Source: Octopus sinensis (lineage: Eukaryota). From it: DNA of 64,000 nt. The position numbers were made by a program, and so were the translations under genes. Positions within the stretch are counted from its first letter, which is position 1; each line of letters starts with the position of its first letter. The stretch spans positions 86,428,001 to 86,492,000 of the forward strand of contig NC_043006.1 of assembly GCF_006345805.1 (NCBI RefSeq), given 5' to 3'. The notes beneath the pieces are model-generated. The model was not told where the DNA came from and did not search any database. It worked only from the letters and a program-made list of their open reading frames with translations. Of this stretch, positions 36,977 through 50,473 are shown one piece after another.

Positions 36977-37932
36977 GAATGTTCTTTATGTTACACATCT
37001 TGTTTCTCTGTTTTTCCTTTGTTTGTAAAAAGTTCGTTTTCTATGTTTTTGTATTTTATGTTCTCGTTTCTCATTTTGTATACGTTTTTTTTCATGTCCT
37101 GTAACAATATATACATGTATACATACATATATATGTAGGTATGTACATATAAAAACGTATATATGCATATATTTATAAATTATTTATATTATTTTAGGAT
37201 CGAGTGCCATGCATCCTTTTTCCAAGTAAGTTTTATCCTAATAATTACTATGCGTACTCTTATTCTGTCTCTTTTCTATCTATCTCCCTCTCTTGTTCTT
37301 CTTCCTTTCTGTTTTTCTCCCCCACCCTTTCCCTATTCTTCTCCTCTCCCCTTCACCGTTTCCTCTCTCTCTGTCTTCCTTCTTGACTCTCTCGTTGATC
37401 ACACGTGACCAACAACCATGAATCTTTCTTTCTTCCACTTCCTTCCTTAAAACAAGATGTGCTTTTATCTGTCTCTTCTCAAGGCTCATTTTTCCAGTGT
37501 TCACCACTTCACATCGTCTTGGCTTAACAGCCTTCACCGTTTGTTTTTACTGTTTTGTTCTCAATGTTGTATTTTTGTTACCACTTTCACCCTCCACAAA
37601 AAATCCCGAATTTTATTTAATTTGCTTTGCAGGAAGGACTGTTTTAATGATGTTGCGTCTTGTCCTTACCTTCGAAACACAGAGTAGATAAAATAGGGGA
37701 CAACTCATGAAGGGAATGTTCTTTATGTTGCATGTCTCGTTTCTCTGTTTATTTTTCATTGTTTGAAAAATGTTCATCTTCTATGTTTTTATTTTTTATG
37801 TTCTTGTTTCTCATTTTGCCTACGTTTTTTTTTATGTCCTGTACCCATGTATGTATATAATATATACATATATATGTAGGTATGTACATATATGTATGTA
37901 TATATGCATATATTTATGTTATTTATATTATT
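36977..37932 (+). mobile_element. Non-coding element with ~217-bp diverged terminal direct repeats (737-bp period)
   Basis: 36977-37193 aligns with 37714-37932. The interior is pyrimidine-rich. No TG..CA ends or TSD seen. Confidence 0.65.
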
Positions 37933-38353
37933 ATATATGTGTGTGTGCGTGCATGTGTATGTGTGTGTGTGTCTGTATTTGTGCCTCCCACCACTTCTTG
38001 ACATCTGGTATAGGTGTGTTTACTTTCCTGTAACTTAGTAGTTTTGTAAAAGAGGCTGATAGAATAAATACTAGGCTTTAAAAAAATATTCACTTGGGGT
38101 CAATACATTTGAGTAAAATTTTTTCGATGTGGTGCCCCCTGATGGACACCAAACGCTTTCACCCTGAGTCACTCTGTTACTTCTGCTAAATAAAAAATAT
38201 TTTCATGTTTTGAGTTCAATTTTTCCTACTTATACACAATTTCATCTTCATCTCTTTAATGCTTCTTAATGTTCTCTGTATTAAACATGTTAACACTTAG
38301 TTGCATTTGTATTTGAACTCTAATTATAATTATACTCTAATTATACTGTCATA

Positions 38354-38433
<80 letters not shown>

Positions 38434-38536
38434 ATATAACGGGAAAGTTTATGAAAATAAACAAAAGACGAAGGCAGGTGGAGTACAAACAAACAAATGT
38501 ATTAGTTTAGCGCTCAGGAATAGAAATAGAAAAAGT

Positions 38537-38572
38537 CTTTTACATTTCGAGCCTACGCTCTTCGACAGAAAG
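38537..38572 (-). ncRNA. Variant minimal hammerhead motif in a ~200-bp pLTR-like fragment (38438-38633) inserted in (TA)n
   Basis: Reverse complement reads cttt CTGTCGA a gagc gtag gctc GAAAT GTA aaag. Stems I and II are perfect; the core has two deviations. Confidence 0.6.
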
Positions 38573-38630
38573 GAACACTGAAAGAAACAAGGAAAGAAAA
38601 AAATGTGTGTGGTGGCTAATGATCTATCAT

Positions 38631-38665
<35 letters not shown>

Positions 38666-39449
38666 TTTTGTTCTTTTACTTTTTTACTTGTTTCAGTCAT
38701 TTGACTGTGGCCATTTGACTGTGGTCAAACAAATTGACCCCAGGACTCATTCTTTCTATGCCTAGTACTTATTCTATCAGTCTCTTTTGCCGAACTGCTA
38801 AATTATAGGGATGTAAACACACTAGCATTGGTTGTCAAGAGCGATGTTGGGGTGACAAACACAGACACACAAACACATACACACATACAAACACACATAC
38901 ATACACACATACATACATACACACATACATACACACATACATACATACATACATACATACATAAATATATATATAATGGGTTTCTTTTAGTATGTCTGTC
39001 TATTATCTATCTATCTAAATATATATACACACACACACATATATATACACTCTCCCTTTGTTTCAACATGACTGTAAATGAGCATGTCAGTCATCAGCAT
39101 AGAGCAATGTTGTTCATTTCCACTTATCTAATGAGAATATCTTTGGCCAAAGAGAGATATGTAACTTGCAAAAAGGGTTCACAGCAGAAAAGGTATCCAG
39201 CTTTAAAAACCCTTTGACAAATTCCATTTGACTCGCACAACCATGGACACTAAACAGCGAATATAATGATGATACAATGTGTGTGTGCATGTTACGATAT
39301 TTTGCAAAAGCATGTCCCCTTGAAAACTGGTGAGTGTTGGTGCCAGGAATAGTAGAAATTCATAGAAATTCTAACTTAACAATGTCTTATCAGACTCATG
39401 TAAGTGTGGAAAAGTAGATGTTGATTCTATTCTGATTCACAGTATATAA

Positions 39450-39565
39450 TATGTATGTGTTTATTTATGTATGTATGTATGTACATATGTATGTATATAT
39501 GTATGTATGTATTGTGTATTTATCTATCTATCTTCTATCTATCTGTCTATCTTTCCATCTGTCTG

Positions 39566-39624
<59 letters not shown>

Positions 39625-39625
39625 G

Positions 39626-39682
<57 letters not shown>

Positions 39683-39697
39683 ATATATATATATATA
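39450..39697. repeat. (TATG)n(TCTA)n(TA)n microsatellite
   Basis: Directly visible. Confidence 0.95.
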
Positions 39698-41882
39698 CAC
39701 GCACACGATTTTTATTTTTACTTTTCCATCAGCAGAAAATTTCCAGAATGTGACTTGAAGGGTGAGATTAGCTCTTGAGTCTGTCAAGTTCTGTTTTCTC
39801 TTGTTTGTCTTACCAATCTATCTGTCTTTCTATTTAATTGCATGAAAAAAAATTGTGCGTGTGTGTGTATGTATGTATGTATGTGCATACATATATATCC
39901 CATTATCTTCAGTGCGTAAAATGGTGATTTGTGAGTGTTTATGTGTGTGTATATATTAATATATACATGAAATTGAAATAAAAAATGGCATGATATTCAT
40001 AAACATTATAGAATAATTTGGTAATCAAAATTATTTTTCTCCCCACTACCAAACACAAATTATTATATTAATACCACTACCGCCACCACCACCACCACCA
40101 CCACTGCCAATAATGTGATCAATAATAATGATCTTAATAATGATAATAGTGATGATGGTTTTAGTTTTGTAAGTTTTTTTTTGTTGTTTTGGCTTTGGTA
40201 ATGGTATTGGTGTGGTATAGATTTTTCAGCTATCATCCTCAGAATAAATAAATATTTCATGGCAATTTCATGTCAAAAAGCTACAACAACACTACTACTA
40301 AAAAAAAAAAGTTTAAAAAAAATTAGGTTTGGTAGGATGAGTCGGGAGAGTTTTTACTGGAGTATTAGAGTGTGGAATAAATGCTATTGTGTTACCACAA
40401 CTGTTTCTATTATATTCAGTACCACCTACACTATTACCAAAATCTCCAGCACCACCATCACAGCTGCCTTCATTACTGCCATGCCATTTTATAAATTATA
40501 GACGATTTGTATTTATGGTGCAATTCTGTTTGGGGATGGTGTTATCACTTATATCAGTTTTGCGGCTCCATAGTTTGGTTCGTGTTTTGGAAACTGGTCA
40601 GAAGTGCTGTTTAGTAGGAGCTGGGAATTGTTTCATTCTCAATATGTTCCCACTTCTTCATACTTTTACATTACTTAGCAATGTGTGAATAAATTTATGA
40701 GTATTCACATTTGTGTAAAAGTTACCATTTGTGATGAATGAAGAGTGTACATGTGATTTGTTTTAGTATATCTACCCATCTATCTATACATCCATCTATC
40801 TATACATCCATCCATCTGTCTGTCCATTTGTCCATCCATCCGTCCATCTGTCTGTCCATCTGTCTACCTACCTGCCTGTCTATCTCTCTGTCTGTCCTAT
40901 CAATCTCTCCATCTCTCCATCCGGCTATCTGTCTCTCTCACTCCAGATATTTGTCGATTATCTCTCTAGTTATTTATATGCCAATTAACTTACTCATCTG
41001 TCTGTCAATCTACCCATTCATCAATCTGTCTGTCCTTCCAACCTTGTAATTTTCTTTCTTATCAAAAACATAACTGTATTCTAGTTTTATTGTTACTGTT
41101 GTGATTTTTATCCAATATGAAATTTCTAGCTTTTGTGTAAAAAAATTGAAGTTCCTTTATCCATCTAGATCTTCATAGTCATGTTCAGGGATGAAAGGAT
41201 GGTTGTGTGTGGTGCTGCCTTTCTACAGAAGGCATAGTCGACGTGATTGTTGCTAACATTATCACTGAAATTTAAATTTTCACAAATTCATACATCATCT
41301 GTCATGTACTTATTTTTGTCTGCGACTAATATAGAAACATACAGCTCTCAATAGACACTGCAGGATGTTCCATTCACCATTTGGAGATCACAATAGTTTC
41401 AGTGCTTTCTGAATGCATTGTTCCCTCTAGCACTGGTTAACGGCATTGTTTCTGCCAAGGGATGCCCAGTTTATTTTGTTTTCCTAGTTATACTTTGAAG
41501 ATTTCTACTTCTTTATAAATGACAAACACCTTCCAATTCTATTGATACTATTGGCAGAAACACAATGTGAGAATGAACATCATCAAAGCTAATGGGAAAC
41601 AGAGATTACTGTATGGGGAAATGCATTTTAGATGTGATCAGTAACTTGACTATTGTGTTTTCATGCAGAATAAATAGATATTCACTTAACAAATCTTTCA
41701 TTATTATATAGCTGTACAGTATAGTGAAGGCAATATTTTGTTGAAGAGGTCAGAATAAAGTGAAAACAGCTTTCACTCTCTTGCTTTGCCAGTTAATGAA
41801 AATATGATTGGTCATTGACAAACACAATTTCATCTTCATCTCTTTAATGCTTCTTAATGTTCTTTAATGCTTCTTAATGTTA

Positions 41883-42960
41883 GAGATAAACAAATTATAT
41901 ATAAGCAAAAAATACATATACATACCAATAAATTTTTGCATACAGGTACCAATACATACTCTTTTACTCTTACTCTTCTACTTGTTTTAGTCATTTGACG
42001 GCGGCCATGCTGGAGCACGGCCTTTAATCGAGCAACTCGGCCCTGGGACTTATTCTTTGTAAGTTCAGTACTTATTCTATCGGTCTCTTTGCCGAACTGC
42101 TAAGTGACGGGGACATAAACACACCAGCATCGTTGTCATGCGATGTTGGAGGGACAAACACAGATATACAAACTCACACACACACATATATACATATATA
42201 TACATATATACGACGAGCTTCTTTCAGTTTCCGTCTACCAAATCCACTCACAAGGCTTTGGTCGGCTCGAGGCCATAGTAGAAGACACTTGCCACACAGC
42301 CACTCCTGCGCCTATATACATGCATTTTCCGCGTATACATTACATCTAATCACCCATCTTGGCCATGCTGTTAATGTCAGAAATCATTTAGCAGCATGAT
42401 ATAATGATTAGAAAACTCAAAATTATTTATACTTATAAATTGAGGATATAATCATTAACAGGATTACATCAGTGGCTAGCGTATAAAAAATTGACCATAT
42501 CAGTAAAATTAATTTTTAAGTATATAATTATAAAAATATAATTATAATTAGTGGCACTAGAATGTCAGCTACTATATGCTAGAAGTAAATGTCAAATACC
42601 TACAATCCACTCTAAATTTGTTTTCTGTTTATAACCCAAGGCCAAATGCTATGAAATGAGCAAGAAGATTTACAAATTTTGGATAATCCTGTATCTTTAA
42701 ATTTTTAGCGCTCTGTAATGAAGATTTCTTTGTATTCCTCTGTAGTGCTAAACCAACAATATATAAGCAAAAAATACATATACATACTGATAAATTTTTG
42801 CATACAGATACCAATATATACATGCATTTCCCGGGCACACGTTACATAGGTAATTAGATGTAATATATATGCAGGAAGTGCATGTATGTATTGGTATCTG
42901 TACGCAAAATTTATCAGTATGTATATGCGTTTTTTGCTTATATATTGTAAGTTTATCTTC
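41883..42960. mobile_element. Foldback-like element with three copies of one arm; the left arm is interrupted by SINE A (41960-42312, minus)
   Basis: atataagcaaaaaatacatatacatac..ataaatttttgcatacag occurs at ~41899 and ~42761, and inverted at ~42873-42948. Confidence 0.7.
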
Positions 42961-43091
42961 ATTACAGAGCACAAAATCTCTGTAAATTACCAAATTACGG
43001 TAATTTGTCCTGTACTTATTGCTCATGTGTCTACATAATTTTCACTCGTTGGTGATGTCCTGAACTTGATGTATTTCATAAATATAAACAG

Positions 43092-43487
43092 CCGGAGTGG
43101 CTGTGTGGTAAGTAGCTTGCTTACCAACCACATGGTTCCGGGTTCAAGTCCCACTGCGTGGCACCTTGGGCAAGTGTCTTCTACTATAGCTTCAGGCCGA
43201 CCAAAGCCTTGTGAGTGGATTTGGTAGACGGAAACTGAAAGAAGCCCGTCGTATATATGTATATGTGTATATATATTTGTGTCTGTGTGTCCCCCAACAT
43301 CACCTGACAACCGATGCTGGTGTGTTTATGTCCCCGTCACTTAGCGGTTTGGCAAAAGAGACCGATAAGATGGTAAACTAGGCTTACAAAGAATAAGTCC
43401 TGGGGTCGATTTGCCGACTAAAGGTGGTGCTCCAGCATGGCTGTAGTCAAATGACTGAAACAAATAAAAGAGTAAAAGAGTAAAAGA
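43092..43487 (+). mobile_element. SINE family A, near full length
   Basis: ggagtggctgtgtggtaag ... aaataaaagagtaaaagagtaaaagag. Confidence 0.9.
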
Positions 43488-43529
43488 GCCATTGCAATGT
43501 GATACCATAAAGAAAAAATTTAATCATCA

Positions 43530-43737
43530 CTAAGTGTGACTAAGGATGCTGAAGCATCTACATCGCCAGAAATAAGAGTTAAAACACTCTTAATGCTGAT
43601 GGGAGGCATGGTCATGGGGCAGTTGCCTCCCCTGTCATCATGTGTATATACATTTTGTGCTTATACTACACCATTAAGAGCATTTTAACTCTTATTTCTA
43701 GCAATGTAGGCACTTTGGTATCCTTAGTCCTACTTAG
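43530..43737. repeat. Imperfect inverted repeat (66-bp arms), MITE-like
   Basis: ctaagtgtgactaaggat...ctcttaatg / cattaagag...atccttagtcctacttag. Confidence 0.8.
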
Positions 43738-43769
43738 CAACAATACCCATGCCAGGATGGACAATGGAT

Positions 43770-45925
43770 GTTAAATGAGTCATGCCCACAATGTATTGCT
43801 GCACAGAAAACTTTCAGCTGTGCAGTGAAATCTAGCACTTGCCCACTATAGCAGTGCAAAATCCCTACAGCAGCGATCTCTCAGGAAGATGCAGAACACT
43901 TGGTAGGAGGATCAAATGACAGCAAGAAGCTTTACCATCTTATGAAGCAAGTTTATGGGCCGAAGAGCTCCACATCATTTCCTTTGCTTTCCAAGGAGTC
44001 TTTCTACTCTATTTACTAAATCAACAGAAATCACAGGTTACTGGATCAAACACTTCTCTGAACTCCTAAACCATGAGTCAGTTGTGGAGGAAACAGTGAT
44101 TGATACTATGCAACAAAGACCTATCATTGGCTCCTTAAATTCCATGCACTCAATAGATGAGGTAATGAGAGCAATGAGTAAACTGAATCTTGGTAGGGCA
44201 CCTGGAAGGGACGGAATTTGTGTTGAGGTCTTGCAATTTGGTGGTGATGACATCATACAGTCCCTTCATTAACTATAAAAGTAGTCTGGAGGGATGGTGC
44301 AATGCCTAAAGACTGGAAGGATGCAATTATTCTTCCTCTCTATAAAGGAAAAGGAGCCAGAACAATGTGTGCTAACTACAGAGATATTGCTCGTCTATCA
44401 CCTGCTGGCAAGGCACTGGCAAATATTCTTCTTACCCACCTGAATGGGTGTCTCAAAATGATGTCCTATCTGAATCTCAATGTGGCTACCAATGTGGTAG
44501 AGGGACAATGGATATGATTTTCAGAGTAAGACAGATGCAGAAGTGCTATGAGCAGAATATGGATCTTGTTCAGGTATTCATTGATCTAATGTAGGCCTTT
44601 GATGCTGTGAATACAGCCTTGCTATGGAAAATACTTTGCAAACTTGGATGTCCAGATCACTCTGTATCTATAATTAAATCATTTCATGATAGGATGGAGG
44701 CTTGGGTCAATGTTGGTGGTGATATGGAGGGATCCATTCCTGTAAAGACTGGTGTCAAGCAGGGTTACATCCTTGCCCCAACTCTCTTTTCTTTGTACTT
44801 TGCTGCTGCTTTTACTCATGTTTTTGCTAAGGTTAGCTCTCTGGGAATATATGTCAAGTATTGATCTTCTGGCCACCCCTTTAACCTCTGCTGATTTGCT
44901 GCCAATTCAAAAGTTGTCCAGTCTTTTATTCATGATCTCATTTATGCAGATGACTGTGACTTAGTCACTAATACAGTGGATGACATGCAAATATTTAAGA
45001 ATCGTATTTCTGCTTCTTGCAAGGCATCAACACTCAGCATCAACCTGGACAAGACTGTTGTAATATTTCAGCCTGCACCAGGAAATCCATATGTGGGATC
45101 AGCTATCTTGGTTGAAGGAACAATTCTGGGCAGCACACTCAGCCATTCTTGCTCCCTGGATGATGAAATATCTTTCAGGCTGCAGAAAGCAACTGATTCC
45201 TTCCAGTCTCTTGAGTCTCGTGTCTAGTCCCAGCATGGCATCACAAGGCAAGCAAAAGTTGCTGTGTACTGTGCATGTGTACTGGCATCACTCCTTTATT
45301 CATGTGAAACATGAACCCTTTACAAACATCATTTAAGGGTCCTTGAACGCCTTCATCAGAGATGTTTGAGACAAATTCTTAATGTTGGCTGGACTTTAAA
45401 AACTCCAGATGCACAGGTCCTGAGAAAAGCTGATATCTTGGGTATTGAGGTGATAGTGCACAGGCACCAGTTATGGACACCTTATTAGAATGAAGGATAG
45501 CAGGATCCCTAAACAGATCCTATATGGGGAACATTTTAGTGGAAAGAGACCCTGGCAGAAACAAAGGCTGTGATTTAAGGATTGTGTCAAGTCCTCTTTA
45601 AAGGCCTGTGATATGCAGGAGACTGACTGGGAGAACAATGCCTGTCATCATCACAGATGGAGGAAGCAGGTTAAGGAGGGGGTCAACACCTTTGAGAGAG
45701 CACGTATTCTGCATGAAGAACTTAAGCATGCTGCTCAAAAGTACACTGGTGTAGAGAATGGTGAAAGCTTGGTTTGCAATGTTTGCAGTTGTGTATGCTT
45801 GTCAAGAGCAGGGATCATTAGCCACCAACAGAGCTGCAAATGCAAAATATAAGTTAGTCCTTGAGCGCACAATGTTCCTGAAGGTCAGCAATGGTCTTCC
45901 TTGGTCACGAGTGGATGGCCATCAT
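43770..45925 (+). mobile_element. Degenerate RTE/BovB-like LINE, 5'-truncated
   Basis: WIKHFSELLN, APGRDGI, PKDWKDAIILPLYKGKG..CANYR, GVKQG.ILAPTLF, YADD and the terminal CNVC..SRAGIISHQQSC. Confidence 0.9.
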
Positions 45926-46787
45926 GTATGTATGTATATATATATTTGAGAGTGTGTGTGTGTATTATTTTTAAACAGAATGCAAACATTGATCAAAGAT
46001 TTATGAAGATATCTTATGTTTCAAAATTAAGCTAATAGCTTGTAGAAATACGTACAGTACAAGAGTTTCTTGTATCAAACTTTGGGGGGTTTGCAAAAAC
46101 AGAATGGCGATTAATCTTACCTTTTTGTGTTCAGTAAATGAAGACTTTATTTGAATTATACCCCTCTATGGTGGTGTTCTTTATGTCCATTGTCAAGCTT
46201 GTTCAAGAAGATCTATGCTCAATGCCATTCCATACATGACCAACCAATTTTTTGATATGTATATCAGTGCCTACCTTATTCAATGGCTTTTCATTTTAAG
46301 ATTGTAAAGTATGACTAAGGCAGAGTTGCTGCTATCTCTTACTGTAAAGAGGTTCTATTAGCTCATTTATTTTTACCTATATTAGACAAAAATGTACATA
46401 AACTTCTTCTCTATTGTTTTTTTCATCAGTATTTAGCCAGATATATGTAAAAACTATTAATAGTCGATCTGTCTAAAGAGAAAATCATAAAGACATAAAT
46501 TTCCTGAATTTCTCCCATACTGTCATTATTTTCCATACCTCAGTTTATGCCATTCTGATGAATGAAACTGTTTTATGCAAGATTACCCTTGGCTAGAAAT
46601 TTTAAGAACTTTGTAATAAGTAGACATGATAATAAATAAACGCATATATTCTAAGAATCTTTTTCCTTATTCCTTAATTTCAAATTCAAGCTTCTTCTCC
46701 CATCAAATATTATGAAGAAATGGTTATCTCCCTTGCATTAACAGTCTGCTATTGACACCATTATATAAAAAGTTCGCTACATAATCC

Positions 46788-47165
46788 AGGAGGTGCAATG
46801 GTTCAGTGGTTAGGGCAGCAGACTCGCGGTCTTGGGATTGCAGTTTCAATCTCCAGACCGGGTGTTGTCAGTGTTTATTGAGCGAAAACACCTAAGGCTC
46901 GAAGAGGATCTGGCAGGGGGTGGTGAAAAACCCTGCTGTACTCTTTCACCACAACTTTCTCTCTTTCTTCCTGCTTCTGTTGTACCTGTATTTCAAAGGG
47001 CCAGCCTTGTCACACGTTGTGTCACACTAAATCTCCCCGAGAACTACATTAAGTTAGATGTGTCTGTGGAGTGCTCAGTTTCTTACACGTTAATTTCATG
47101 AGCAGGTTTTTCCATTGATTTTATCAACTGGAACCCTCGTCGTCATAACTGATAGAGTGCCACGA
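46788..47165 (+). mobile_element. tRNA-derived SINE, family C-related
   Basis: Head aggaggtgcaatggttcagtggttagggcagcagactcgcggtc. The 3' half is shared with 63250-63690. Confidence 0.75.
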
Positions 47166-47494
47166 CAACACAATCCCACTGAAATCAAATTAGCTGCACT
47201 TTAATAACAAATCATTTATTTACTGAGGCAATTTCTTCTTCTTTCTTTTTTAAGCTGTCACAACAAAAAATGCATTTCATCACAGCATACCAGGAATCTT
47301 TGTACTTCATAAGTTTCACTGAATTTTTAATTTCATGTTGTGTATCTCTGCCCATAATAATATACAGTTGGGTGATCTTTGTATTTTAATTAGGCTGTAG
47401 AAGTCTCCAAATTGCGATATGGAAATCAAATATTTTAAAATCAGCAAGGCTGGCATTTTTCAAGGCATGTGTAGAGAGCATTCTTCCCTATACT

Positions 47495-47908
47495 CTCTCT
47501 TTTACTTGTTTGTCATTTGACTGCAGCCATGCTGGAGCACCGCCTTTTAGTCGAATCAAATCGACCCCAGAACTTATTCTTTGTAAGCCTAGTACTTATT
47601 CTATCAGTCTCTTTTGCCGACTCACTAAGTTATGGAGACCTAAACACACCAGCATCGGTTGTCAAGTGATGTTGGGGGGGGGGACAAACACAGATGCACA
47701 ACATATACACTCACATGCATATATATATATATATATATATATATACAACAGGCTTCTTTCAGTTTCCGTCTACCAAATCCACTCACAAGGCTTTGGTGAG
47801 CCCAAAGCTATAGTTGAAGACACTTGCCCAAGGTGCCAAGCAGTGGGACTGATCCCGGAACCATGTGGTTCATAAGCAAGCTACTTACCACACAGCCACT
47901 CCTGTGCC
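47495..47908 (-). mobile_element. Full-length SINE family A
   Basis: Same consensus as 24486-24882, on the reverse strand. Confidence 0.9.
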
Positions 47909-49084
47909 TATATGGGGACAGAAACCAAAACTAAGAAAGGCTTTTAAACAGATTGCTTGGTGCGAATACTCAGACCAAAGATTCTAGTCATTTTTGTTTT
48001 TATTGCTCAATGCAATGTACACTTTTGTGACCAGGCCATATCAAATGAGGTCTGTTCAATCTTCCAAAATTTGTAGCCTTGTACCTATATTACAAATCTA
48101 CATCAAGAATTTGGTAGAAATCAGACCTAATCCTTGAGAAATGATGGTTAAATACTTTAGACTTTTTATCTGTAGCACCTTTTTGTTTTCCGTCAGAAAG
48201 TAATCTGAAAAGAAGAATCTAATTAAATGTTAGACAATAAACAGCTTCTTGTGTGCTTGCTTGTTTTATTTTTCATTTTCTTTTCTTTTTTCTTTTTTTT
48301 TTCTTTTTGTATGAGTCTTGATTTCAGAAAAGATACTTTTCTTAGAAGAGACAAAATGAAAAATAAAAAATTAAAAAAAAAAAGAGATGGAGGTGGGGAG
48401 ACAATACAAAACTGTGGAACTGAAACAGAAAAGTAAGGAAGCTTTATTTCTAACTGGTGAATTCTTTAAACAAATCTTTTATTGTTGGCTTTTGATTCTG
48501 TTAGGATTTTTGGGGGTTTTATTGTTTTCTTTAAGAAGCTAATGAATTTATCTTTTTTTTTTGTTTTTATTGTTTTTTTTTGTTAGATTTTTGTTTTTAA
48601 TTCCTTCAATGAAAGAAATTGTATATATGTGTGTGTGTCAGTCTATTTATCTCTAGCTTATCTATCTAGCTATTTGTTTGTCTCTATATGTGTAGACAGA
48701 AACTGACAAACACACACATGTATAAATATGATTTGTAACTGAGAGAGAGAGAGAGAGAGAGAGACACTTGCTGTCCTGGGTAAGAATTTTATTTTGTAAT
48801 TGAGTGTGTTAGGGTTCAATACCACTGTGTAGTATCTTTGGCAAGTGCCTTTCACCAGAGTAATGAGTGAACCCATGTTTTGTAAGGGAAACTGAGTGGT
48901 TGGAAACTATGTGCAATTCTGTTAGCTGAACTTGTTCCTGGTTCTATGATACTAAATTCATTATTTTCAAATTTAATTAAAAGAAAGGTGGCGTATTTCA
49001 ACAGAATTACGATAACAAAAGAGTTAATAGTGCTTGGTGTTTATGGAATACCAAGCCATGTACACTATATAGTCCCAGTATATA

Positions 49085-49300
49085 TGAGGGGGTATTGAAA
49101 AGTTCCTGGCTTTAAGGGTATTGGGAAATGCTTAGTTGGAGACCCAACCTTCCCAGTCCTTTTACAGGGCTTAGAAAAACTGAAGGACAGCTGCAATAAG
49201 TGTGTGACTCTGAGAGAGAAATATATTGAATAAAATCATAATTAACTGATCTTCTTGTATTTTCTTTTGCCCAAAGCCAGGAATTTTTCAGCATTCCTCA
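49085..49300. mobile_element. mariner-type MITE
   Basis: TA-tgagggggtattgaaaagttcctggcttt ... aaagccaggaatttttcagcattcctca-TA. Confidence 0.8.
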
Positions 49301-50473
49301 TACTCTTTCTTTTACCATTAACCTGGGATGTGAGTGAGAATGTGTGTGTGAGAAAGAGAGACAGGGTGGTAACGAGTGTGTGTTTATTATTGGGTACAAT
49401 GACTCTCTCAAGAAATAACAAAATCTGTTTTAACTCTATTTCACATCAAAACATCTTGCAAACACATGACTTTAAATTTTAAAGAAAATCTTTCAAGATG
49501 AGAGAATTAGATGACATTTTACTTTTGCTTCTTGTGATATGGTCTATTATCTATGTAATGTGATAAAGTATTGTGACAGCTACTGGTTAAATATCCACTT
49601 TGTAATATCAAACAAACTTTCATATTTCTCGGTCTGCGTAATTGGTATTTTAGTATTTTGAAAAATCTAATTCTCTAATTCTCACTTCCAATACCATCAT
49701 GTCAGAATCAACCACTAACATTATGAATGCCACCAGGCTGATCGTAGAATTACTACTGTTGCTACTATTACCGCTCCTACAAATTATTACTAATATTATT
49801 TAGTTGTACTTGAAAATAGCTATGATACTGTCTAAAGTAGTTCTTGAAGAAGTTACTCATCTTTACCAATTGAGAAAACTTTATTTTCTTGGCATCCATC
49901 AAAATATTTCAGTGATGGGTAAAGAACAACATTTTCTTGTTCAATGTCCAGTCAGCAAGTTCTCTCACCTCCCAAACTGTAGCTTAGTTCTCTGATTTAC
50001 ACAATCCTCCTATTCATAATTTTTCCACTGAAATGTCTCTGTAAGTAACATCCCTGCACATAAACTCATTAAATTTGTTAACCACTTTAACTTCTAAATT
50101 GACTTTGAATATTGCCAAGAAAACTACCCTCTGAATCCTTTTCAGTCCTATATACACAGTTATAAAGTATCAGAATATGAAAACTTCAACCCAGTAAGGT
50201 AATGCGTGTTTTCCCCTTTAAATATGTAGTAAAATTAACTTTAAAAACCTTACAATATTTCCCCCACCACTGGTACCTATGCCTACCACAGGCAGTCTGT
50301 GCTAACTGCCAAACTTACCACTCTCTCTTCAGTCATTATCAATCATCATCTTTTACATCATCTTAAGTCTTTCTTTTTTCCTGACTACCAACACCTGTTG
50401 TCAAGTAGTTGGATGATAAATACCAAGCACAAACATATAAATATATATCTTTGCCCAAGCTGCCATGCAGTGG

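Noticed and set aside
40063-40260. ORF resembling a type II membrane anchor (ends LLAVVVVVVVAVVVLI)
   Set aside because: The hydrophobic run comes from (ACC)n and (AAT)n repeats, it stops immediately after, and there is no convincing donor site.
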